Positions 35,680-44,478 of a DNA stretch of 64,000 bases are shown piece by piece. Source of the DNA: an uncultured Acidimicrobiaceae bacterium (GTDB lineage: Bacteria > Actinomycetota > Acidimicrobiia > Acidimicrobiales > RAAP-2); NCBI GenBank assembly GCA_963734395.1, contig CAVTGY010000003.1:271878-335877 (forward strand), given 5' to 3'. Position numbers and translations under genes: made by a program. The first letter of the stretch is position 1. The number at the start of each line of letters is the position of its first letter. The notes below the pieces were generated by a model. That model saw only the letters and a list, made by a program, of their open reading frames with translations, did not search any database and was not told where the DNA came from.

Positions 35680-38600
35680 ATGGCAGATCGCCTGCTCACC
35701 CCTTCGAAGCTCACCGCGTGGCTGGACTGCGCGCACTTCCTGAACCTGAGGCACCAGGTCGACGTCGGCACCCTCACTATCGATCCGCCGGGATTCGGCT
35801 CGCTCGCGCACCTTCTGGTGGAGAAGGGCAATCAACACGAGGAAGACTGCCTGGCCGCCTATCGCAGCGAGGGACTCGACGTCTTCGAGGTTCCCGGCAG
35901 GGACCGCGGTGAGCCGTTCGCCGACTGGGTGGACCGGATCGGCAACCCCCTTGACTCAGGCCATGACGCGCTCTATCAGATGCCATTCATCCATGAGGGG
36001 ATCCGGGGGATCGCCGACTTCCTCGTATGGGTCGACGATCCCGACCCGGATTACTGCGTCTGGGAGCCGGTTGACGCCAAGCTGGCCCGCTCGGAGGCCA
36101 AGCCGGGTCATGTGCTTCAGCTCTGCTTCTACGCCGAGGCCCTCGAAGCCCTGACTGGCCACCCACCGAAGCACATCCACCTGTGGCTCGGCTCGGGTAA
36201 GACAGAGTCATTGCTCACCGAAGAGTTCCAGCCCTACTGGCGCCGGCTGCGTACGCAGCTGATCGCCCTGCTGGATGAGGACTCGGCGGACCGCGAGACG
36301 TCCCCCGAGCCCTGCGCCCACTGTGCCTTCTGCGAATTCCAAGAGACGTGCACGAAGGAATGGAGGGACAGCGATTCCCTGATCTACGTGGCGGGTATCC
36401 GGAGTGCCGAGCGAGCCAGTCTGGAAGCTGCCGGCGTGGATACGTTGGCCCAGCTCGCCGTCCAAGCGGGCCCAATCGACAGCCTCCCCTCTGAACGGCT
36501 CAGTCGTCTCGTTGAACAGGCAACCCTGCAAGCTGAGGCTCGGGTCGAAGAGCAAGTGCCGCCCCCCGTAGCGATCATCGAACGTTCCGAAGACACCACC
36601 TGGGGGCGGGGCTTCGAACTCATGCCCAAACCGGACGAGGGTGACGTCTTCTTGGATTTCGAGGGCGACCCGTTCTGGCGGGCCGACGTCGGTCTGTTCT
36701 TCCTTTTCGGTCTGATCGTCCGCTCCGATGAGGGCAACTGGGACTACCGGGCGTTCTGGGCCCACGACGAGGACGAGGAATCCGAGGCTACGCGCCATTT
36801 GATCGAGATCCTGAGCGAACGTCGTCAGACCTTCCCGGACATGCACGTCTACCACTACAACCACACAGAACGCTCTGCCCTCGAGCGGCTCACCGCAGAA
36901 CACGGAGTGGGGGAGGCGGCATTGACCGCACTGATCGAGACCGGATTCTTCGTCGACCTTCTCCCAGTGGTCCGCAACTCCATGCAGGTCGGCACCGAGT
37001 CCTACGGGCTCAAGGACCTCGAGAGGGTCACCGGCTACGTCCGGGGTCACGACATCGACCAGGGATCGGCGGCGGTCGTCGAATACGAGCAGTACATGAC
37101 CGACCACGACCAGGCCCACCTCGATCGCATCGCCGCCTACAACGCCGACGATGTGCGCTCGACGTTGGCTCTGCGGGACTGGCTGGTCAGCCAGCGGCCG
37201 GAGAGTCTCGTGTGGCGCGCCGCTTGTTTGGAGACTGAGGAGGTCAACCCTGAGCTCAACGCCCAGGTGGAGGCCCTGCACACCTTCGGGCCGGAGACGC
37301 CCGAGCACCTCCTCGGCGACTTGCTCGGCTACTGGTGGCGGGAACTTCGCGCCCATACGGCCCAGCAGCTGGCCAGGACTCTGGCCGACACTCCGGTTCT
37401 CCTCGACGATCCGGAGGTGATCGTCGGACTCGAGTACGTGGGTCCGTTCAAGCGCATCAGCCAGAAAGGGAAGCCGCTCAAGTGGGATGGGGTCCGATTC
37501 CAGTTCGTCGACCAAGATGTCTCGGCCTTCGATGCCAGGCGCGCCGCCGGCGTGCTCTACTCCACGCCGGAGGGCCCCGTCGGATATGCCGACATCGATC
37601 ACATCGACGCTGAATCTCGCGAGCTGGTGCTGGTCTGGAACCAACAGTCACAGGATCTGGGAATCCTCCCCTCGACGATCGTCATCAACGGTTGGGTGCG
37701 GGCGGGGCCAAAGGCTGAGGCCTTCGACGAGTTGGCGGCCAAGGTGCTCGATCCCGACGCCGACTCTCCGAACCGCGCTTCTCTGGCCCTTTTGCAACGG
37801 GAGCTCCCCCGGTTCGAATCAGGCCACGAGCCCGGCGGCGGCACCTTCGCTGACGATGTCGAATCCATCCTCGACTGGGCGCCGTACCTCGATCACAGCT
37901 ATGTGGCCATCCAGGGGCCGCCGGGTACCGGAAAGACCTTCCGGGGTGCCCACATCGTCCATGAGTTGATCAACAGGGGCAGGCGGGTGGGCATCATGGC
38001 CATGAGCCACAACGCCATCGACAACCTTCTGGCCGGAATCATCGGGGTCTTCGACGAGCAGGGCGACCTTGGCCAGCTCCGCTGCATCCGCAAGGACGAT
38101 GAACCTGATGATGGTGGTCTGCCGGGGGTGGAGTACACGGATTCGATTCAGCGGTGTGCCAAGGACGAATACAACCTGGTGGCAGGCACCGCGTGGTTGT
38201 TTTCCAGCAAGTTCATAAAGGAGTCACCGGTTGATGTACTGATTATCGACGAGGCGGGCCAGCTGTCACTCGCCGATGCACTGGCCGCTTCTCGGTCGGC
38301 GTACAACCTCATCCTGTTGGGCGATCCGCTGCAGCTTCCACAGGTGACCCAGGCGTCCCACCCCGGCGGAGGAGGCTTGAGCGTTCTCGAACACGTCATC
38401 GGCGGAGAGGGGACTATGCCTCCGGACCGTGGCGTCTTTCTCCGAGAGACCCGCCGGATGCACCCGGATGTCTGCCGGTTCATCTCGGATCAGATCTACG
38501 AGGGGCGTCTGGTCAGCCATCCGAGTTGTGCGACCCAGAACACAGAATTCGGCACCGGTCTGCGGTGGCTGGCCGCGGACCACGTCGATCGCTCCACCGA

Positions 38601-39045
38601 ATCCGAGGAGGAAGCCGAGCTCGTCGTGGCCGAAATGGGCCGGCTGATCGGAAGCAGCTGGATCGACCAGCACGGGCACCGTGCTCCGCTCGGCGTCGGG
38701 GATTTCATGGTGGTGGCTCCATACAACGATCAGGTTCACCTCCTGCGGGACCGCCTCGAAGCAGATCGCCGGACCCACGGTGTGAGCGTGGGAACGGTCG
38801 ACAAGTTCCAGGGACGAGAAGCACCTGTGGTCTTCTTCACCATGACCGCGTCCAGTGCCGAGGATGTGCCCCGGGGGTCGGAGTTCCTCTTCTCACGCAA
38901 TCGCCTGAACGTGGCCATCAGCCGAGCACGTTGCCTCGCCTATCTGGTCTGTACCGAGCAGCTCTTGAACAGCCGCGCCCACGATGTGGAAGAGATGCGG
39001 CTGGTCTCGACATTGTGCGCGTTCGTTGAGTACTGCACTCGGTGA
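35680..39045 (+). CDS. RecB/Cas4-like PD-(D/E)xK nuclease + RNase-H-fold module + Upf1/Dna2-like SF1B helicase fusion (TM0106-type)
   Basis: Starts 3 nt after the phosphoesterase stop. Nuclease motifs GIADFL, PVDAKL, QLCFYAEAL. Cys cluster LDC...CAHCAFCEFQETC. RNase-H-fold motifs DFEGDPFW, YHYNHTE, YNADDV. Helicase motifs GPPGTGKT, IIDEAGQ, LLGDPLQLPQV, RRMHP, VDKFQGREAPVVF, NVAISRAR. Confidence 0.85.
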   Translation: MADRLLTPSKLTAWLDCAHFLNLRHQVDVGTLTIDPPGFGSLAHLLVEKGNQHEEDCLAAYRSEGLDVFEVPGRDRGEPFADWVDRIGNPLDSGHDALYQMPFIHEGIRGIADFLVWVDDPDPDYCVWEPVDAKLARSEAKPGHVLQLCFYAEALEALTGHPPKHIHLWLGSGKTESLLTEEFQPYWRRLRTQLIALLDEDSADRETSPEPCAHCAFCEFQETCTKEWRDSDSLIYVAGIRSAERASLEAAGVDTLAQLAVQAGPIDSLPSERLSRLVEQATLQAEARVEEQVPPPVAIIERSEDTTWGRGFELMPKPDEGDVFLDFEGDPFWRADVGLFFLFGLIVRSDEGNWDYRAFWAHDEDEESEATRHLIEILSERRQTFPDMHVYHYNHTERSALERLTAEHGVGEAALTALIETGFFVDLLPVVRNSMQVGTESYGLKDLERVTGYVRGHDIDQGSAAVVEYEQYMTDHDQAHLDRIAAYNADDVRSTLALRDWLVSQRPESLVWRAACLETEEVNPELNAQVEALHTFGPETPEHLLGDLLGYWWRELRAHTAQQLARTLADTPVLLDDPEVIVGLEYVGPFKRISQKGKPLKWDGVRFQFVDQDVSAFDARRAAGVLYSTPEGPVGYADIDHIDAESRELVLVWNQQSQDLGILPSTIVINGWVRAGPKAEAFDELAAKVLDPDADSPNRASLALLQRELPRFESGHEPGGGTFADDVESILDWAPYLDHSYVAIQGPPGTGKTFRGAHIVHELINRGRRVGIMAMSHNAIDNLLAGIIGVFDEQGDLGQLRCIRKDDEPDDGGLPGVEYTDSIQRCAKDEYNLVAGTAWLFSSKFIKESPVDVLIIDEAGQLSLADALAASRSAYNLILLGDPLQLPQVTQASHPGGGGLSVLEHVIGGEGTMPPDRGVFLRETRRMHPDVCRFISDQIYEGRLVSHPSCATQNTEFGTGLRWLAADHVDRSTESEEEAELVVAEMGRLIGSSWIDQHGHRAPLGVGDFMVVAPYNDQVHLLRDRLEADRRTHGVSVGTVDKFQGREAPVVFFTMTASSAEDVPRGSEFLFSRNRLNVAISRARCLAYLVCTEQLLNSRAHDVEEMRLVSTLCAFVEYCTR

Positions 39046-39091
39046 GCCCGACCGGCCTGGCGGCAGTCCACTACGAAGGTCGCCTGGGCGC

Positions 39092-39577
39092 TCAGGTCCC
39101 ATCCTCGGCTGAAATCGGAGCCAGGATCACGAGGGGTATCTCACGAGCAGCGACTCGCTGATAGAGGTCGTATCCATAGGCAGCCGCCCGGACCTCATCC
39201 CACAGTTCGTCGCGCTCTGGGGACTCTGCAACCCGCGCCCGCATCGGCAGCGTCTGTCCCTCGGCGGTGACCATGACTTCAGGGTTGGCCACAAGATTAT
39301 GGAACCACTGTGGGTTTCGGCTATCCCCGCCATTGGAGGCGACGATGACAATTCGATCGGGCTCGACGATGGGAGCCGTAAGCATCGTGACGCGGGGCTC
39401 ACCACTTCGCCGGCCTACGGTGACCAGCCGCACGACGGGCATGCCCAACACCCTGTTGAGGATACGGCCGTCCGTGGCCTCGAATGCGGCTCCGTGCATG
39501 GTCGACCAGAACTTGACGAATGCGTCTTTGGCATCATTTGCCAGGCGCGTCAGTTCCGAGTCGCCGGCGAACGTCAC
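39092..39577 (-). CDS. nitroreductase-family deazaflavin(F420)-dependent oxidoreductase (DUF385/Ddn-like)
   Basis: VVRLVTVGRRSGEPRVTML...VASNGGDSRNPQWFHNLVANPEV...R...A...ERDELW pattern, 161 aa. Confidence 0.8.
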   Translation of the reverse strand: MTFAGDSELTRLANDAKDAFVKFWSTMHGAAFEATDGRILNRVLGMPVVRLVTVGRRSGEPRVTMLTAPIVEPDRIVIVASNGGDSRNPQWFHNLVANPEVMVTAEGQTLPMRARVAESPERDELWDEVRAAAYGYDLYQRVAAREIPLVILAPISAEDGT

Positions 39578-39846
39578 CCGGTGTTCTCGCCCCCATCTCC
39601 TGGTCGACGATTGAGCCCGAACAGCGCGTCGAGGAACTGTGCGGACAGATAGGAGATCTGCACGAGGTCCCCCGCCTCCTCCGCCAGTGTCATCCAGACA
39701 TCCTGGAGTGCACCGCGGCGGTCCTGTGCCGGACCTGTGCTGGATTGCTTGGCAAGACGATTGACCAGTGAGATGTTTGAGTCGACCATGTGGACCGCGG
39801 TATCGGTGATCCGACCCAGGATCGCGCTCGCTTCCGCTTCTGCCAT
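39574..39846 (-). CDS. hypothetical small helical protein
   Basis: 90-aa ORF with moderately high GC3 and a 4-nt overlap with the downstream Ddn-like gene. No recognisable domain. Confidence 0.4.
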   Translation of the reverse strand: MAEAEASAILGRITDTAVHMVDSNISLVNRLAKQSSTGPAQDRRGALQDVWMTLAEEAGDLVQISYLSAQFLDALFGLNRRPGDGGENTG

Positions 39847-39894
39847 GCGATGCAGAATATACCGCCCGTTATCCGGGCACGATCGACGCGGGTG

Positions 39895-41949
39895 CTATGG
39901 CATGAAGTATCCGGCGATCCCGTCGTTGCGAGGTCGTCTGCGCACCGCATTGGCCGCTTGCAGACCGGACATAACCGCCGCCTCGATGCATCCGGCGTTG
40001 AGTCCGGAATCTGTCCAGTCTCCGGCAAGGAAGAGATTGTCGTAGCCGCTCTCGTCCGATCGAAGGCGGTATCGGTCGGTCCCCGGGAGCGACTGCACAT
40101 AGCGGTCGGAAGGATCGACGTTCGCGGTCCAATACTGCGAGTCGAACCTGTCCGAGCCGATGCGGTCGCCGCCAGCGCAGAGCAGGTCCCACCTGAAGCC
40201 AGTCTGGCTCGTCGCCCCCGGAAGCAGATCGCCGATGTTCTGCTCGAGGAACTTGATAGCGGTCTCACGGACTCGGCGGTCCTGATCGGCTGCATCGCCA
40301 GGCCCGGTCGGAATCGGTGCCTCCAGCGCACCACGGAAATACGCGATCGCACCGGGGGTGGCATCTGCCGGCCAGTCTTCGACTGAAATGAGCTGCGGCA
40401 TCGAGGCCCAGGTGCTGAACGGCTCGACGAAGGCACTCAAGGTCGATCCCGCATCCACCCACCCGACATCTTGCTCGGCCGCACCCAGCCAGATCTGGAA
40501 CGATTGGGTTGCGACCGTTCCGAGGCGATCGATCATGTCGCGCCACTCAGGCCGCTTTGCAGCCAGCTCAGTGCAGGTGAACGATGCCATTGCGGGAGGA
40601 ATGGCGAAGACGATGACATCAAAGTCCACACCGTCCCGCAGGACCCGCTGCTCTGCGTCGGGCCATTGGCACCAATGTGCTTCGAGGGGGTGATTCTCGA
40701 TTCCTTCCGCGTCGGCGAGTTGATTGATCTGAGGAACTCTTGGAAAGCACGGCAGTCCCCGATAGAGAACAAGGGGGTCATAGTGGCGGCCATTCAATAG
40801 CCGCGCTTGCCGGCCGATGGTTATCGATTCGATTCGCTTGCTGTCCTTGGCAGGATGGAGCCCATCGACCCGATGAAAGAATTCGAAGTCGACGCCCCGT
40901 TGCCGCAGGACTTCATAGAGGGGGGCGAAGACGACGTCGCCCATGCCGGCCGTCATCTTCCAGAAGACCGATCCCTTGTAGTCGAACAACGTTTTGCCGC
41001 CGAAGAGGACGGCGGTGCCGGCGCTGAGCGCCGGGCGAGTCGTGTCCCCGTCCACGAAGCCGAACACCATGTCGTAGAGGGAACGGACGACGGAGAAGTC
41101 CCCGAGATCCGAAGGACCGCCATGCCGCTGTATCCAGCTCAGGTACTCCTCATCGTTGATGGCTCCGAGGCCACGAGGGTCAGTCAGAAGACCGTCGGCC
41201 ACGATCCCCCGGAGAGCGGCCACAGTCAGCGCCACTCCGGACCAGGTACGACGTAGAGAGTCGCCCCCGGCTGTGGGATCCCCCAGCCTGGGATCGTTAC
41301 TCATCGCGCCCTGAAGGACCTGCTCCACCCGAGGGAAGGGAAGTGAAGCTCCTCCCTTGGTCATGCGGATGGCTTCGGTGGTGAGAGCGGCCATGACGAT
41401 CGGAGCAGCCTCGGCGATCGATCGAACCTGAAGAGGTAGGACTGAGTTCTCATCATTGGAGATGGCACTGAAGTAGCGGTCGAGAAGCCGCACTCCCTGG
41501 ACCAGCAGATCCGTCAAGGTCGTATCGCGCCCACTGGCCGCCGAACGGCCCGGTTCACGGGAGTTGTCGGGCATATCCGTCACCCAGGGTTGCCAGCCGT
41601 CGTCGGATCTGTCGGCCATACCGATTTTGCTCGAAGGGATCAAGGCCTCCGACATAGTTCGTATGGGTGCATCCGGGCGATTCGCAGGTCGGTCCAGCTC
41701 CTCGTAGCACTCTTGGAGGATCTGGAACGCATTCTCGTACCACCCGAGCCAAATGTGGAGGCCGTGCTCTTCGATCCTGGCGTTCTCCCCCCGACTGCTT
41801 GCACCCTTTCCGCCGAGCCGCCATCCCCGTTGATACACGGTGATGCTTTCAAATTCCTCTTGCCAACCTGGCTTGCTCAGTCGCCAGGCCGCCGCCAATC
41901 CACCCATCCCTCCACCGAGGATGGCAACGCGATCTCGGCGACCATTCAT
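39895..41949 (-). CDS. FAD/NAD(P)-binding oxidoreductase (COG3349-like, amine-oxidase/desaturase fold)
   Basis: N-terminal Rossmann VAILGGGMGGLAAAWRL...YQRGWRLGGK...EHGLHIWLGWYEN. C-terminal NLFLAGDWT. 684 aa. Confidence 0.8.
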   Translation of the reverse strand: MNGRRDRVAILGGGMGGLAAAWRLSKPGWQEEFESITVYQRGWRLGGKGASSRGENARIEEHGLHIWLGWYENAFQILQECYEELDRPANRPDAPIRTMSEALIPSSKIGMADRSDDGWQPWVTDMPDNSREPGRSAASGRDTTLTDLLVQGVRLLDRYFSAISNDENSVLPLQVRSIAEAAPIVMAALTTEAIRMTKGGASLPFPRVEQVLQGAMSNDPRLGDPTAGGDSLRRTWSGVALTVAALRGIVADGLLTDPRGLGAINDEEYLSWIQRHGGPSDLGDFSVVRSLYDMVFGFVDGDTTRPALSAGTAVLFGGKTLFDYKGSVFWKMTAGMGDVVFAPLYEVLRQRGVDFEFFHRVDGLHPAKDSKRIESITIGRQARLLNGRHYDPLVLYRGLPCFPRVPQINQLADAEGIENHPLEAHWCQWPDAEQRVLRDGVDFDVIVFAIPPAMASFTCTELAAKRPEWRDMIDRLGTVATQSFQIWLGAAEQDVGWVDAGSTLSAFVEPFSTWASMPQLISVEDWPADATPGAIAYFRGALEAPIPTGPGDAADQDRRVRETAIKFLEQNIGDLLPGATSQTGFRWDLLCAGGDRIGSDRFDSQYWTANVDPSDRYVQSLPGTDRYRLRSDESGYDNLFLAGDWTDSGLNAGCIEAAVMSGLQAANAVRRRPRNDGIAGYFMP

Positions 41950-42133
41950 GGCGTAAGCACGATCATCGCAAACGCGGTGCGCCCATGGATCCCGAATGCA
42001 CGAACCGGGACCAGGCGCAAGGAAATCGGACCTCCCTCCAGTTCGCGATCAGGTCGAGCTCGCGAGTCGAATCCAAGTTGACTGAATGGCATTCCTTGAT
42101 CAGCCGTCGGTATCTCTGTGCGGAGCTGGTCGA

Positions 42134-43342
42134 TTAGGGGATTACCAGCCAGACCGGGATGGTGATGTCGTCCGGACTCGGCAGATCGGGATTGATACGG
42201 GCGATCACATGACCCCAATAGGTTGCACCAGGTGCTCCTTCCAGCTTGCCGGCATCGATCATAAGTCGAAAGGATGTCTCTCCGACTTCGAGCACGTCCG
42301 GCTGCATCTCGATGAGGTCAGCCCGGATGGCTTCCTCGTGGTGTCCATGCCGCGCCAGGCCGGGGCGAAGCGCGGTCGAGACGAGAACACGGCGTTCGGC
42401 ACAGGGGCCAACGTCGAACATCTCGGAGCAGCGGTACGAAACCTCCCCGACGGGATTGCGGCGGTGCTCTGGATCTGAGGACAACGGGCCGTCCCACCAG
42501 CGCAGCTCGAGCGGAAGCCTGAGGTCATCAAAATAGTCCTTAGGGCCGTAGCCACCGGTGAGCAATCGTGCGAAGGATACGCCGAGTCGATCCCTGTACT
42601 CCGTCAGTGTCTGCTGGATCGCGTCGATTGGGTGATCGGCGATCCCTTCCATCGGTGGCGGTGGCCGGGACTGAGCGGATCCGGTTGTCGATGAGTTTCC
42701 GGGACGGCGAAACTCAGAAGTCGAAGCGTCGACAATGCTGATCATGGTTGGATCAACGCCAGCGATCCTTTCAATGAAACTAGGGGGAAGGGCGGCGAAT
42801 CCAAGATTCGAAGCCAGCATTGCCAGTGACGCTGCTTGGTCACGGGTCATGTTCGAGAAGACCCGGAACTGGACCCGCTTGGTCGTCAACACGTCCACCT
42901 TCTTGCCGAGATCGCGCACGACGATGCTTCCCTCGTCAACCGTCACTCGGCCGTCACCTCCGTGACCCTTTTGGTTCTCGGCCAACCTGTACTCGAGCAC
43001 GGAACCGCGATCGCAGGGAAGTGAGCTTCGCCTGAAGTCCAAAACGGTCCTCAATGCTGTTGGGGTGTCGAGGTCGCTGGTGACATCACTCAGAGCGAAG
43101 GTCTCGAGATAGCGATTGATCGCAGGTCCCGGCGAGGCCAGAGGCGTCATTGCGCCCCATGGCGGATTGAAGACGGTCCAGTTCTCCGGCACCAGTATGG
43201 ATTCGACCTCGGTTCGAGGCGTCCCCTCTACGTGCATCCGACTTTCGAACGCGACGACGGGGCCCCCACCGGCGGGAGAGACACTCACCGTCCATCGCCC
43301 GAGATGAGCCATCAGCCGCTGATCACCGGTCCGTAAGGGCAT
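42134..43342 (-). CDS. hypothetical protein (402 aa), no recognised domain
   Basis: Long ORF with coding-like composition. The start is uncertain (43342 or 43312). The C-terminal segment (about 70 aa) resembles the C-terminus of 43670..44389. Confidence 0.65.
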   Translation of the reverse strand: MPLRTGDQRLMAHLGRWTVSVSPAGGGPVVAFESRMHVEGTPRTEVESILVPENWTVFNPPWGAMTPLASPGPAINRYLETFALSDVTSDLDTPTALRTVLDFRRSSLPCDRGSVLEYRLAENQKGHGGDGRVTVDEGSIVVRDLGKKVDVLTTKRVQFRVFSNMTRDQAASLAMLASNLGFAALPPSFIERIAGVDPTMISIVDASTSEFRRPGNSSTTGSAQSRPPPPMEGIADHPIDAIQQTLTEYRDRLGVSFARLLTGGYGPKDYFDDLRLPLELRWWDGPLSSDPEHRRNPVGEVSYRCSEMFDVGPCAERRVLVSTALRPGLARHGHHEEAIRADLIEMQPDVLEVGETSFRLMIDAGKLEGAPGATYWGHVIARINPDLPSPDDITIPVWLVIP

Positions 43343-43669
43343 CGAAGGCCGTTAGGCTTGCCAGCCATCGTCGAGAGATGTTGGCAAGGCTGGCAACCAA
43401 TGATTGATGATCCACTCTGTACCGGCCGAGGACTGGATGCGCGAACACGTGGTCGCTCTCCCGTCTTCGACTCACCTAGAAAGAGGGCGTTGGGTCTCAA
43501 TGGTTTCACCTCGACGTTGGATCCGGCCTTGGCACATCCAACGTCACCATTGGCCAACGGCTTCGTGAGGCGTCTCTCTGTCGTGTGGCCTAACCTACTC
43601 GACGGTCGGGTTTCCACTCCCCGTCGTCCAAGCGGCGCACAGGTCCCGATGCCGGGTGAGGGCTGAGCG

Positions 43670-44389
43670 ATGACTGAGGGCGACGATCGGAGCGGGAAGG
43701 GGAGCGAACTGCCGTGGGCGTTTGTACTCGACCCGTCGGCCAATGCGAAAGCCCTCGGTGACGTGCAGCGTCACGGCCTTGGGGCGGCGCGGGAACTGGT
43801 CGAGCGGGTGGTCTCGTCTATCGACCACTTCGGCAAGGCGGCCACAGAAGCAACATCGAGCGATGAGAGGTCATCGGACTCCAAGGCGAACCCCCTCCTG
43901 GTGAGCCTGGTAGAGGCTTGGTGGGAGCTCGCCGGCCAGGCAATGGCGGTTTTTGGAGAATTCCCGATTCCTCGCCCCGAAGGGCCCGAGGCCTCCGCCA
44001 CCCGACAGCGACCGGAGCAGCCGGTTGTGGTGGACCTCACCGGGGAGCACGGTCGACCGGTGCTGCGTCTTCTGGCCGGTCCGAACGGCCAAATCGATGA
44101 TCACCTGGTGCTCTGGTTCCACAATCCTTCATCGGATCCGGTCGGCCCTTTCGGTCTGGTGTGCGAGGGTTTGCAGTCCTCTCAGGGAGATCGAATCCAG
44201 GGCCGCAGCATCCGGTTTGACCCAGGAGAGTTGGACTCCGTGCCACCTCGCTCGGCTCGAGAGGTCTCCCTGTCGATTTGTGGCGAGCAGGGAATCGAGC
44301 CGGGTACCTACCTGGGGGTGATCGCGGTCGAAGGAGCGCCACGGGTCAGCGTGGACTTGGAGATCCTGGTGACAGATCGATCATCGTGA
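43670..44389 (+). CDS. hypothetical protein (239 aa), no recognised domain
   Basis: The ATG is preceded by GGTGAGGG. The C-terminal beta-rich segment ends PGTYLGVIAVEGAPRVSVDLEILV. Confidence 0.6.
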   Translation: MTEGDDRSGKGSELPWAFVLDPSANAKALGDVQRHGLGAARELVERVVSSIDHFGKAATEATSSDERSSDSKANPLLVSLVEAWWELAGQAMAVFGEFPIPRPEGPEASATRQRPEQPVVVDLTGEHGRPVLRLLAGPNGQIDDHLVLWFHNPSSDPVGPFGLVCEGLQSSQGDRIQGRSIRFDPGELDSVPPRSAREVSLSICGEQGIEPGTYLGVIAVEGAPRVSVDLEILVTDRSS

Positions 44390-44478
44390 TGAATCCGCAG
44401 TGGTAACGGCCGACATCTCCACCACCGAGATGGTGGAGGAGGAGCTGTCCCTTGTCGTGCTGGAGAGTTCGTCGGGCG

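Noticed and set aside
34627-37644. 403-aa and 478-aa minus-strand ORFs opposite the phosphoesterase and nuclease-helicase genes
   Set aside because: Shadow ORFs. The plus strand carries complete PPP and SF1 helicase motif sets.
42134-43342. The orphan 402-aa protein as a terpene cyclase, because it neighbours a polyprenyl synthase
   Set aside because: No DDxxD/NSE-DTE (class I) or DxDD (class II) motif is present. The only Asp-rich string (DYFDD) does not fit either pattern.
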